Shown: in pieces, positions 14,027 to 23,338 of the stretch
Position numbering within the stretch: the first letter of the stretch is position 1
Layout: every line of letters starts with the position of its first letter
Assembly (NCBI GenBank): GCA_902540785.1
Contig: CACBOA010000004.1
Coordinates: forward strand, 3,082-67,081
Source of the DNA: an uncultured Pelagibacteraceae bacterium
GTDB taxonomy: Bacteria; Pseudomonadota; Alphaproteobacteria; Pelagibacterales; Pelagibacteraceae
Direction of reading: 5' to 3'
DNA length: 64,000 nt
The notes under the pieces: model-generated
What the model was told of the DNA's origin: nothing
Databases searched by the model: none
Seen by the model: the letters and a program-made list of their open reading frames with translations, nothing else
Program-made: the position numbers and the translations under genes

Positions 14027-15268
14027 ATGAATAAAAATTTAAACATAGGTGTTGTTGGTGCTGGTATTCAAGGTATTTCGAATGCTCTTTTTTTACAAAA
14101 AAAAGGTTTCAAAGTAACAATATTTGATCGAGAAAAACCTGGTAGTCCTGTCGCCTCATATGGCAATGCTGGTCACTTTTCACCATACGCATCCTTATCG
14201 TTGAATAGAACAGATATTTTAATGGATGTTCCTGCCATGTTATTAAGCTCAACAGGTCCTTTAGCTTTAAAATGGAATTATGTACCAAAAATGATTCCTT
14301 GGTTTTTAAAATTTATTTTTAATACGACTGAAAGTAAAATGATGCATACTGCAAAAAATATGCACCAAATTTTAGACTTAGCTCTTCCCGCTTATGATGA
14401 ACTATTTGAAGAAATTAATCTAGAAAACTTAGTTGAAAATAAAGGAATTCTTTACGTTTGGAATGATAAAAATCTAAAAAGTAGAGAACTAGAAATCAGA
14501 GTAAGAGAAGAGTTAGGTGTTAAACAACAACTGGTAGATAAAAAAGATATACATGATTTAGAACCGAATCTTAAAAAATTTTATCATGCGGGAGTTTATT
14601 ACCCATACGCAAGACATGCCAGAAACCCAAAAAAGATTTTATTAAAACTTTTTGAACTTTTTTTAGCTAAAGGTGGAAAATTTCAAAATAAGAATATTTT
14701 AAATATTAATTTTGAAGGAGAGAGACCTATTTTGTTGAGTGAAAATGAAAGTTTCGTTTGTGACAAGATTGTAATAACTTGTGGAGCTTTTTCTAGGAAA
14801 CTAACCGATAAATTGAATGAAAAAATTCCATTAGATACAGAGAGAGGTTACCATGTTCATTTTAAAGATTGTGATCATCTTTTAAGTAGACCAGTCATAT
14901 TTCATAATAGAGGTTTCGGTATAACACCAATGGAACAAGGCTTAAGAGTAGTTGGCACTGTGGAATTTGGTGGTTTAGATAATCCTGCTTCAAAATCAAG
15001 AATTAATAATTTAATCAATAATGCAAAGTATATGTTGGGGGACCTTCCTGAGCATGAAGATGAGTGGTTAGGCTTTAGGCCAACATTACCAGATTTTTTG
15101 CCAGTAATGGGTCCATCTAAAAATTATAAAAACGTGTTTTATTGTTTTGGACATCATCATTTAGGATGGACATTAGGTCCAATATCTGGAAAGATAGTTT
15201 CTGGAATGATAGCTAAAGAAAATACAAATTTAAACTTAGATCCTTATAGTTCGACAAGATTTTCTTAA
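14027..15268 (+). CDS. dadA: FAD-dependent D-amino acid dehydrogenase-like oxidoreductase (DadA family)
   Basis: GAGIQG Rossmann motif, ASYGNAG, W.GFRP.LPD.LPV.G, FGHHHLGWTLGP; ATG 14027 preferred over TTG 14012. Confidence 0.8.
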   Translation: MNKNLNIGVVGAGIQGISNALFLQKKGFKVTIFDREKPGSPVASYGNAGHFSPYASLSLNRTDILMDVPAMLLSSTGPLALKWNYVPKMIPWFLKFIFNTTESKMMHTAKNMHQILDLALPAYDELFEEINLENLVENKGILYVWNDKNLKSRELEIRVREELGVKQQLVDKKDIHDLEPNLKKFYHAGVYYPYARHARNPKKILLKLFELFLAKGGKFQNKNILNINFEGERPILLSENESFVCDKIVITCGAFSRKLTDKLNEKIPLDTERGYHVHFKDCDHLLSRPVIFHNRGFGITPMEQGLRVVGTVEFGGLDNPASKSRINNLINNAKYMLGDLPEHEDEWLGFRPTLPDFLPVMGPSKNYKNVFYCFGHHHLGWTLGPISGKIVSGMIAKENTNLNLDPYSSTRFS

Positions 15269-15272
15269 TTTC

Positions 15273-16169
15273 GTGTCAAATAAAAACTATTTAGCATACT
15301 TCTTTTTAGTGCTCGCAACATTTTGTTGGTCAGGTAATTTTATAGTTGGAAAATTTGCAACATTATTTGAAATTCCTCCTTTAACTTTAAATGTTTTTAG
15401 ATGGATCTCCGTTTGGTTTATTCTGATACCTTTTACCTACAAAGAAATTTTCAAAAATCTATCCTATATAAAAAAAAATTGGCTTGTAATTAGTTTTATG
15501 GGAGTAATTACAATAAGCACATTTAATTCTGTAGTTTATTTTGCTCTTAATTATACACAAGTAATAAATGCTGTACTTATGCTTTCAGCTATTCCTGCAG
15601 CAACAATTGTTCTATCATCATTAATGAAAATTGAAAAAACAAATATTTTTCAGTTGATTGGATTATTAGTTTCAATTATCGGTATAGGCTCAATAATTTC
15701 AAATGGAGATTTCCAAAAGATAATTTCTTTAGATTTTAATAAAGGCGATATATGGATGTTAGTTTGTGTAATTACCTGGTCTCTTTATTCAACTTTGCTT
15801 AAAAAAAATAAGTTTAAATTTTCACAATTTACCTTGATACAATTAATGGTTTCAGTAGGAATACTTTTTTTAATTCCGCAATTTTTTTACGAAAAATCAA
15901 TCGGTCTTGAATTAAATTTAAATAAAAATTTTTTTTTAATATTAACTTATGTGGCAATTTTTCCTGCCATAGCAGCTTATTATTTTTGGCAAAAAGGGAT
16001 TGAAATAATTGGTCCAAATCGAGCCTCTATGTTTATTCAATTGATGCCATTATTTAGTGCCATTATGGCAATTATTATTTTCAAAGAAAAATTTGAGATG
16101 TATCATTTTGTAGGAGCATTTTTCATATTGTCTGGCATTTATTTGTCTAATAGAAAAGTTTATGCTTAA
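15273..16169 (+). CDS. DMT/EamA family transporter
   Basis: About 10 TM helices, WSGNFIVGK start, IGPNRAS.F..L.P motif. Confidence 0.9.
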   Translation: MSNKNYLAYFFLVLATFCWSGNFIVGKFATLFEIPPLTLNVFRWISVWFILIPFTYKEIFKNLSYIKKNWLVISFMGVITISTFNSVVYFALNYTQVINAVLMLSAIPAATIVLSSLMKIEKTNIFQLIGLLVSIIGIGSIISNGDFQKIISLDFNKGDIWMLVCVITWSLYSTLLKKNKFKFSQFTLIQLMVSVGILFLIPQFFYEKSIGLELNLNKNFFLILTYVAIFPAIAAYYFWQKGIEIIGPNRASMFIQLMPLFSAIMAIIIFKEKFEMYHFVGAFFILSGIYLSNRKVYA

Positions 16170-17112
16170 AGTTGCAATTTTAGATGACTATCAAAATGTT
16201 TCACAACAGTTTGTGGATCTAAAAAAATTATCAGGAAAATATGAAATTAAAATTTTTAGTGAGCCTTTTGTAGATGAAGCTGATGCTATAGAGAAATTAG
16301 CAGAGTTTGAGGCTCTTCTTATAATGAGAGAAAGAACTCCTATAACAAAAAATTTGATAGAAAATTTAACTAAATTAAAATTTATAATCACTAGTGGGTT
16401 AAGAAATAAATCAATTGATTTAGATGTCGCGAAAAAAAGAAAAATTGTTGTCAGTGGTACTGAGAGCAATACTAATCCAACACCTGAATTAACTTGGGCA
16501 TTAATACTTGGATTAGCAAGAAACTTAAAAGAGGAAATTGACAATATGTATCAAGGTTATTGGCAAACTTCAGTTGGTGTAGAATTAAAAGGTAAAATTC
16601 TTGGTTTGATTGGCCTCGGAAAAGTAGGAACGCAGGTTGCTAAAGTTGGTAAGGCATTCGGTATGCAAGTGATGGCCTGGAGTGAAAATTTAAATTTAGA
16701 TACTTGTAAAGAATTAGACGTTCTGCCTTGTAGTAAAGAAGATCTAATAAAAAACTCTGACTTTTTATCTATTCATGTACAAGGTGGAGAGAGATATAAA
16801 AATTGTATTACTCTTAAAGAAATGGATAAGATGAAAAAGACCTCATTTTTAATTAATACCTCTCGGGGCCCCATAATAAACGAAGACGATTTGATAATTG
16901 CATTATCAACAAATGTAATTGCAGGGGCTGGATTAGATGTTTATGAAAAAGAGCCTTTATCAGAAAATAATAAATTAAGATTTTTACCAAATGCTTTATT
17001 AACACCTCACATTGGATATGTGACGGCTGAAAATTATCACGTTTATTTTACTCAAATGATCGAGTCACTAGAAGCCTGTGTTAATGGTGAACCAATTCGG
17101 GTGATTGAGTAA
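16162..17112 (+). CDS. D-2-hydroxyacid dehydrogenase family protein (SerA-like, no ACT domain)
   Basis: AILDDYQ, MRERTP, GLIGLGKVG, LINTSRGP, LDVY..EP, TPHIGY. Confidence 0.9.
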   Translation: MLKVAILDDYQNVSQQFVDLKKLSGKYEIKIFSEPFVDEADAIEKLAEFEALLIMRERTPITKNLIENLTKLKFIITSGLRNKSIDLDVAKKRKIVVSGTESNTNPTPELTWALILGLARNLKEEIDNMYQGYWQTSVGVELKGKILGLIGLGKVGTQVAKVGKAFGMQVMAWSENLNLDTCKELDVLPCSKEDLIKNSDFLSIHVQGGERYKNCITLKEMDKMKKTSFLINTSRGPIINEDDLIIALSTNVIAGAGLDVYEKEPLSENNKLRFLPNALLTPHIGYVTAENYHVYFTQMIESLEACVNGEPIRVIE

Positions 17113-17113
17113 A

Positions 17114-18007
17114 ATGGATTTACCTGTAGTTAATCATGAAGATTATTTTGCTAAAATTGGTGATGATCATAAATTTCCTATTAATAAATTTGGTGATCTT
17201 GCAGATTTTTTAATAAGAAATAAGATAGTAACAAAGTTTCATAAACCATACCCATGTTCAGATGAAACTTTAAAGGGTGCTCACTCTGAAAAATATATTA
17301 AAGAAATTAAAAATAAAACACTAGATGAAATTGGAGTTAAAAAAATTGGTTTTCCATTAGTTGATAGCGTAGTTCAAAGGTCGTTAGTTGCAACAGGTGG
17401 AACAGTGCTTGCATCTAAACTTGCAATAAATCACGGTATCGCTTGTAATACTGCAGGAGGAAGCCATCATGCGAATTATGATAGTGGTGCAGGATATTGT
17501 GTTTTTAACGATGTAGCAGTTGCCTCTCAATTTCTACTAGATAAAGAATTGGCAAAAAGAATATTAATTGTTGATTTGGATGTTCATCAAGGAAACGGTA
17601 ACTCAGATATATTCAAGGACAATAAAAATGTTTTTACTTTTAGCATGCATTCAAAATCAAATTATCCTGCTAAAAAATCAATTAGTGATTGTGATGTGGA
17701 GCTTAAAGACAATACAGAGGATAAGGAATATTTAAATATACTTAAATTTCATTTAAATAAATTAAATAAAGAAAATTTTGATTTTGTTTTCTATATTGCA
17801 GGAGTTGATATCCATTTTAATGATCGCTTGGGAAAATTAAAAATTTCGGATGATGGTATAAAAGAAAGAGATAAAATTGTTACAGAAAATTTTTTTTCTA
17901 AAAGAATTCCTCTTTGTGGAGTTTTAGGTGGTGGTTACAATAAAAATATTGATAAACTTGTTGAATTACACTCTTTTTTGCACCAGTCATGTGCTAAATT
18001 AATTTAG
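17114..18007 (+). CDS. Histone deacetylase family amidohydrolase
   Basis: HKFP..KF, GGSHHA, GYCVFND, VDLDVHQGNG, AGVD.H..DRLG, GGGY. Confidence 0.9.
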   Translation: MDLPVVNHEDYFAKIGDDHKFPINKFGDLADFLIRNKIVTKFHKPYPCSDETLKGAHSEKYIKEIKNKTLDEIGVKKIGFPLVDSVVQRSLVATGGTVLASKLAINHGIACNTAGGSHHANYDSGAGYCVFNDVAVASQFLLDKELAKRILIVDLDVHQGNGNSDIFKDNKNVFTFSMHSKSNYPAKKSISDCDVELKDNTEDKEYLNILKFHLNKLNKENFDFVFYIAGVDIHFNDRLGKLKISDDGIKERDKIVTENFFSKRIPLCGVLGGGYNKNIDKLVELHSFLHQSCAKLI

Positions 18008-18012
18008 TCGTT

Positions 18013-18390
18013 ATGAATAAAAAAAATCCCAATCTCACAGCTGAACAAAAATTAGTTATGTTTGAAGAAGGCACAGAGCGACCTGGGTCAAGTGAATTAA
18101 ATAATGAAAAGCGAGAAGGCAGTTACCATTGTGCTAATTGTGGAGAAAAATTATTTGATTCCAAAACAAAATATGAAAGTGGTTCAGGTTGGCCATCTTT
18201 TTATGAATCACTACCTGATGTTTTTGAAACAAAAACGGATCACTTATTAGGTTATGCTAGGACTGAATATCATTGTAAAAACTGTAATGCTCATCATGGA
18301 CATGTCTTTAATGATGGTCCACAACCGACTGGACAAAGATATTGTAATAATGGTATTTGCCTAGTTTTTGAACCAAAGAGTAAACAATGA
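18013..18390 (+). CDS. msrB: Peptide-methionine (R)-S-oxide reductase
   Basis: GTERP, two CxxC zinc pairs, SGSGWPSF, HGHVF.DGP.PTG.RYC.N. Confidence 0.95.
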   Translation: MNKKNPNLTAEQKLVMFEEGTERPGSSELNNEKREGSYHCANCGEKLFDSKTKYESGSGWPSFYESLPDVFETKTDHLLGYARTEYHCKNCNAHHGHVFNDGPQPTGQRYCNNGICLVFEPKSKQ

Positions 18391-18728
18391 TTATTAAGTA
18401 TATTAGTTTTTTAATTGGTATTATTTGGTCATATTCAATTATAAAAACACAATCTGTTTTTAGTAAAAAAGCTGGGTTAATTTTTAAAATTCTTATTACA
18501 AAAGTTTCTTGGTTTACCTTAATTGCAGCTTGTTACTTTGGTTATAAAAATTTTTCAATTAAACTTACTATAATTGGTATTATTATCGCTATCTTATTAG
18601 TTAATATTGGATTTTATTTTTCAAAAAAGTTTATCAATGAAAGGTTTAGTAAAAAACAAATCACAATATTTAAAAGTTTTTTTGAATATACTTTAATTTT
18701 TTGGGTTCTTTATTATGTTTTATTTTAA
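18387..18728 (+). CDS. Hypothetical membrane protein
   Basis: 113 aa with 3-4 hydrophobic segments; ATGA overlap with msrB; fills the gap. Confidence 0.65.
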   Translation: MIIKYISFLIGIIWSYSIIKTQSVFSKKAGLIFKILITKVSWFTLIAACYFGYKNFSIKLTIIGIIIAILLVNIGFYFSKKFINERFSKKQITIFKSFFEYTLIFWVLYYVLF

Positions 18729-18974
18729 AAGATCTTGTAGTTTATTTTCTTTCTCTAAAGCTCTAACTTCATCATAACCACCAATATGCTGATCATCAAA
18801 AAATATTTGTGGTATTGTTTTTTTTCCATTAGCTTTCTTTATCATCTCGTCTTTTGCACCTTCGATTTCAGCTACATTAATTTCTTTATAAGTTACATTA
18901 TTTCTTGTTAATAATCGTTTTGCTGCATCGCAATAATTACAGTATGGTCCAGTATATATCGTAACATTTTTCAT
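18720..18974 (-). CDS. grxC: Glutaredoxin 3
   Basis: CNYC dithiol, TIPQIF, IGGYD. Confidence 0.93.
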   Translation of the reverse strand: MKNVTIYTGPYCNYCDAAKRLLTRNNVTYKEINVAEIEGAKDEMIKKANGKKTIPQIFFDDQHIGGYDEVRALEKENKLQDLLK

Positions 18975-18977
18975 AGA

Positions 18978-19274
18978 CTATAGATAATCACCTTTTTTAA
19001 TTTTACTAGATATTTGTTTTCGAGAGTATTCAAATTTTTTTCTATGTTTGATACTTTTTTCATGAACTCTTTTTCTCCATAATCTAAATGAGGAGGGTTT
19101 GAGTGATCTTCGCATTATTCTTATGACATCAGATTCTGCATAACCTGTTTTTTTTTTAATTTCCTCAAATGTGACCCTATCAGCCCAGGCAGCCCATATG
19201 ACCCAATCTGGACTTTCAACGCTTGGCTCAGGATTCTTGACTTTAGTGATAGGCCTGTGACCTTTTTTTTTCAT
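18978..19274 (-). CDS. DUF2805/TIGR03643 family protein
   Basis: AW.DR..FE.I, VI.IMRRSLKPSSFRLWRKRV; start placed at ATG 19274 after an AAGGGA SD. Confidence 0.8.
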   Translation of the reverse strand: MKKKGHRPITKVKNPEPSVESPDWVIWAAWADRVTFEEIKKKTGYAESDVIRIMRRSLKPSSFRLWRKRVHEKSIKHRKKFEYSRKQISSKIKKGDYL

Positions 19275-19322
19275 AAATCCCTTATATTTCAAAAAAATCT
19301 ATAATGCATTTTTTTTAAGACC

Positions 19323-19394
19323 TGATATATTGTGATTTGATAGTCCTTCTTAGCCATCTTTAGCTCCCGGTTTTTAAGGACTATCTTTTTTTTT
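19323..19394 (+). promoter_or_regulatory. Extended -10 promoter plus structured 5' leader (10-bp stem and U9) upstream of rhtB; candidate cis-regulatory RNA
   Basis: TG-a-TATATT 19323-19331; GATAGTCCTT 19339-19348 pairs perfectly with AAGGACTATC 19376-19385; T9 19386-19394 abuts ATG. Confidence 0.65.
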
Positions 19395-20009
19395 ATGCTC
19401 CCCCTAGATTTTATCCTTTTTTTACAGATTATTATTTTTTTATTTATTACACCTGGTACCCCTAGAATAGTAATCATTTCTTATTCAATGAATTATGGAG
19501 TTAAAAATTGTATTTGGACAGCCTTTGGAGATGTTACCGCAAATTTACTACAGGCAACTTTAGTAATTTTTGTCATCGGTTCCTTTTTATCTGACAATCC
19601 AAATATCCTAAATATTTTTAAATGGATTGGTGTAATTTATTTAATTTATTTAGCTTATGATGTTTATAAGTCTTCACCCAAAGATGTTAATTCAAAAATA
19701 ATTAGCTCAAAAGGTACTTTTTCTTTTTATAAAGATGGTTTTTTAGTTGCAGGCACAAGTCCTAAGGCTTGGTTGTTCTTTCCTTTAATATTCCCACAAT
19801 TTATTGACTTTAGTGCCAATTATATCGTCCAATTTTTTATTTTAATTACTACTTATGTAGTTTTAGATTTTATTTCTTTGATTTGTTACGCTCTGTTGGC
19901 ACAAAAACTTATTACATGGATAAAAGCAAATCCAAAAACAATTAATACAATCTCAGCGAGTGTTTTGGTAATCATTGCCTTAATTATTATTGTTACACAA
20001 CAGTATTAG
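19395..20009 (+). CDS. rhtB: LysE/RhtB family amino acid exporter
   Basis: ITPGTP N-terminal motif, KWIGVIYLIYLA, GFLVAGTSPKAWLFF...FPQFI. Confidence 0.88.
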   Translation: MLPLDFILFLQIIIFLFITPGTPRIVIISYSMNYGVKNCIWTAFGDVTANLLQATLVIFVIGSFLSDNPNILNIFKWIGVIYLIYLAYDVYKSSPKDVNSKIISSKGTFSFYKDGFLVAGTSPKAWLFFPLIFPQFIDFSANYIVQFFILITTYVVLDFISLICYALLAQKLITWIKANPKTINTISASVLVIIALIIIVTQQY

Positions 20010-20098
20010 CACATATGTAAAGTTTTTTTGCCACTTGCAATACTTTAAAATTATTTATTAAATTAAGTATTAATTAATTAATAACAAAAGGAAATAAA

Positions 20099-21337
20099 AT
20101 GAAAATAAGCAAAATAATCTTGAGTTTTATTTCTGCAGTAGCAATTTTACTTTCAACTTCAGTTACATCATTTGCAAAAGTTGTTGGAGATAAGATTGTC
20201 TTAGGTGCTGCCATTTCATTAACTGGAAAATACTCATCTAATGGTGTTCATACACAAAACGGTTACAATATGGCTGTTGATAGAATTAACAGCATGGGTG
20301 GAGTAAAAGTTGGTGGAAAAACTTATAAGTTTGAAATCATTTATTATGATGATGAATCAAACCCAAAAAGAGCAGCTCAGTTAGCAGAAAGATTAATCTC
20401 ACAAGATGGTGTTGAGTTTATGCTTGGACCATATAGTTCAGGTTTAACAAAAGCAATTGCACCAGTTACAGAAAAATATGGTGTTCCAATGGTTGAAGCA
20501 AATGGTGCTTCTAGATCTTTGTTCACAAAAGGATACAAATATCTATTTGCAGTATTAGCTCCAGCAAACTTATATCTTGATGTTGCTATAGATTTAGCAG
20601 TTGAAAAGAATAACGGTAAGCCAGTAACAGTTGCAATGGCATTTGAACAAGATGCATTTTCTCAAGATGTAAGATTGGGAGTGCTTGATGCAATCAAAAG
20701 AACAGGCTCTAAGAAAGTAATAGATGATAAGTTACCGAAAGAGTTAAACGATATGGCTGCTACATTAGTTAAAGTAAAACAAATGAAGCCAGATGTTCTT
20801 GTAGTATCAGGTCATACAAAAGGTGCACTTACTGCAATTAGACAGATAGCTGAAATGAAGGTAGATGTACCTATGCTAGCGATGACACACTGCGATGCTG
20901 CGAAATTATCAAAACAACATGGTAAGAATTCACAGTATGCTTTATGTGCATCACAATGGCATAAGACATTAACTTATAAAGATAATTTCTTTAAAGATGG
21001 TATGAAATATGCAGCAGACTTTGAAAAAGAGTTTGGTTATGATCCACCATATCAGTCAGCAGAGTCTTCAGCTGCGCTGTTAGTATTTAAAGATGCATTT
21101 GAAAGAGCAAATTCTTTTGATCAGAAAAAAGTACGAGATGCTCTTGCAGCTACTAACATGCAAACATTTTATGGAAATATAAAGTTCGCAGAAGGTGGTC
21201 AGAATGTTGACAAGCCGATGGTTCTTTTCCAGGTAATGTGTGATGGCTCAGGAAAATGTGAAAACAAAGTTGTAGCTCCAACTAAATGGGCTTCAGCGAA
21301 GTTAATTCACCCAATTCCTAAGTGGTCTGAAAGATAA
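20099..21337 (+). CDS. HAAT (Liv-type) ABC substrate-binding protein, system 1
   Basis: Signal peptide; LGAAISLTG, YDDESNP, LGPYSSGLT periplasmic binding protein type 1 motifs. Confidence 0.92.
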   Translation: MKISKIILSFISAVAILLSTSVTSFAKVVGDKIVLGAAISLTGKYSSNGVHTQNGYNMAVDRINSMGGVKVGGKTYKFEIIYYDDESNPKRAAQLAERLISQDGVEFMLGPYSSGLTKAIAPVTEKYGVPMVEANGASRSLFTKGYKYLFAVLAPANLYLDVAIDLAVEKNNGKPVTVAMAFEQDAFSQDVRLGVLDAIKRTGSKKVIDDKLPKELNDMAATLVKVKQMKPDVLVVSGHTKGALTAIRQIAEMKVDVPMLAMTHCDAAKLSKQHGKNSQYALCASQWHKTLTYKDNFFKDGMKYAADFEKEFGYDPPYQSAESSAALLVFKDAFERANSFDQKKVRDALAATNMQTFYGNIKFAEGGQNVDKPMVLFQVMCDGSGKCENKVVAPTKWASAKLIHPIPKWSER

Positions 21338-21349
21338 AAACTAATCTAT

Positions 21350-21384
21350 AAATACCCCCTAAATTCTAGGGGGTATTTTTTTTT
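21350..21384 (+). terminator. Rho-independent terminator-like hairpin between SBP and permease
   Basis: AAATACCCCCTA / TAGGGGGTATTT stem, 5-nt loop, T-run. Confidence 0.8.
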
Positions 21385-21395
21385 AAGAGTTGATT

Positions 21396-22289
21396 ATGGA
21401 TTTCATGGTTTTCCAATATCCAATGATTACTGTTCAAGCTTGCTTGGACGGGTTACTTCTTGGTATTTTATTTGCTTTGATTGCATACGGTATGGCATTG
21501 CAATGGGGTGTCATGAATATTATAAATATTGCTCAAGGTGACCTAGTCATTCTTGGAGGCTATATTGCTTACTTCATGTATCTTTACGGAATACATCCAG
21601 CTTGGGGTGTGATTGTTTCTCCAATAATAATGTATTTTATTGGAGTTGGAATTTATAAATTAGTAATTAATAAAGTGGTCGATCGAGATTTATTCATCTC
21701 CATTCTTGCAACTTTTGGAATAAGTATTTTATTTATGCAATTAATGAATTTTGCATTTGGCGCAGATGTTGTTCTAGCCAATTCAGGTTATGGAACAACT
21801 ATGTTATTTGATAACAATGTTACCTTACCTAACTCAAAAATCTTTTCAGCTGTAATCAGTATTGTTTTTGCAATTGGTTTAGTTATTTACATGAAAAAAT
21901 CAAAATTAGGGAGAGCAATTCGTGCAACAGCACAAAACTCAAGAGCTGCAAAAATCTTGGGTGTTGATACAGAGAAAGTTTATGCAGCTACATTTGGAAT
22001 TAATGCTGCGCTTTGTGGGGTAGCAGGTGCTTTAATATCCATTACATTTACAATTCATCCATACATGGGATTACCATATACAATAAGGTCTTTTATGATC
22101 GTAATTGTTGCAGGACTTGGTAATTTACCAGGAGTAGCAATGTCTGGAATGGGACTTGGAGTTTTTGAAGAATTTGCTGACTATATTTTAGGAACTGAAT
22201 TTAGAATTGGTGCAGTATTTTTATTATTAGTTTTAATTCTCGTTTACAGAAGATTTAAACTGTCTAGGAAGAGAGAGTATTTAAAATAA
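21396..22289 (+). CDS. livH: HAAT ABC permease LivH-type, system 1
   Basis: GVMNIINIAQG, LGRAIRATAQN..AA..LGV, GLGNLPG. Confidence 0.9.
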   Translation: MDFMVFQYPMITVQACLDGLLLGILFALIAYGMALQWGVMNIINIAQGDLVILGGYIAYFMYLYGIHPAWGVIVSPIIMYFIGVGIYKLVINKVVDRDLFISILATFGISILFMQLMNFAFGADVVLANSGYGTTMLFDNNVTLPNSKIFSAVISIVFAIGLVIYMKKSKLGRAIRATAQNSRAAKILGVDTEKVYAATFGINAALCGVAGALISITFTIHPYMGLPYTIRSFMIVIVAGLGNLPGVAMSGMGLGVFEEFADYILGTEFRIGAVFLLLVLILVYRRFKLSRKREYLK

Positions 22290-23338
22290 TGAGTAAAAAT
22301 ATTCTTTTATATTCAGCAATTGTAATCTTTGGATTGGTGGCACCATTTGTTTTTCCTGCATTTAAAGTTCAATTATCCATTCTATGTGTATTGATAGTTT
22401 TAGCTACAACTTGGAATATTCAGGGTGGTGAAATGGGATACAATACATTCGGGAATATACTATTTTATGGTTTAGGCATGTATTTATGTGCATCTGTTCA
22501 AGTTGGTATGTTTTTCCCTCTTGCAGAATGGACAGAAAGTGGAGGTGAAAAAACTTTTGTTCATACTCCAGCTCAATTTTTTCAAGGTATGGCTGTTGGA
22601 CTTGTTGTAGCTGCAGTAGTTCCAACAATAGTAGCTGGGTTAATTGGATATGCGATTTTAGGTTTAAGAGGACATTATTTTGCTATTTGTACTTTAGGTT
22701 TAGGTGTTGCAGCAGGAGAAATTTCTGGAGGTATAGAAATTATAGGTGCAGGTCAGGGGTTTACTACTCCTCCATTTCCTGAGGTTGGCGGTCTTGAAGC
22801 AAGGGGAGAATTTTTTTACTTTTTAAGTTTTGGAGCTCTCATATTAACTTTTGTTGCGGTACGAGCAATCTATTCAACAAGATTTAGATTAATCTTAAAT
22901 GCGATTAGAGATAATGAGGATAAAGCTGAGGCAATGGGTATTGAAACAATGAAATATAAAATTATTGGTTGGATGGTATCTGCATTCTTTTGTGGTTTAG
23001 CAGGTGGTATTATGGGAGGACTAGTTGGATACATCGACTCAACTGATGTTGCTTTTGATGGAAGAGAAATGGGAGTATTCATGGTTTTAATGGCAATCTT
23101 AGGAGGCAAAGGAACTTTATGGGGACCAGTTATTGGTGCAACAGTATTTCATATTTTCAAAGAAGGGTTTTGGACATTCTTTTTAGGTTGGCAGTATGTT
23201 GCTTTAGGAGTTTTAATTGTTGTAATCGTAATTTATTTTCCTGAAGGGATTATGGGCTGGTTAAGAGAAAAATATCCCGAAAAATTTGGTGAAGTAATTG
23301 ATGAAAAAGATCGAAAGGCTCAAGTAGAACTTAAATGA
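22289..23338 (+). CDS. livM: HAAT ABC permease LivM-type, system 1
   Basis: LRGHYFAICTL, AIRDNEDKAEAMG, LGGKGTLWGPVIG. Confidence 0.9.
   Translation: MSKNILLYSAIVIFGLVAPFVFPAFKVQLSILCVLIVLATTWNIQGGEMGYNTFGNILFYGLGMYLCASVQVGMFFPLAEWTESGGEKTFVHTPAQFFQGMAVGLVVAAVVPTIVAGLIGYAILGLRGHYFAICTLGLGVAAGEISGGIEIIGAGQGFTTPPFPEVGGLEARGEFFYFLSFGALILTFVAVRAIYSTRFRLILNAIRDNEDKAEAMGIETMKYKIIGWMVSAFFCGLAGGIMGGLVGYIDSTDVAFDGREMGVFMVLMAILGGKGTLWGPVIGATVFHIFKEGFWTFFLGWQYVALGVLIVVIVIYFPEGIMGWLREKYPEKFGEVIDEKDRKAQVELK

Noticed and set aside
14027-15268. FAD oxidoreductase as the missing L-2-hydroxyglutarate oxidase partner of csiD
   Set aside because: Motifs (ASYGNAG, GH.HLGWT.GP) fit the DadA subfamily rather than LhgO
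19289-19477. 62-aa minus-strand ORF as listed in the track
   Set aside because: Its first part is antisense to the rhtB coding start; only the internal SD-led 22-codon portion is kept as a low-confidence finding
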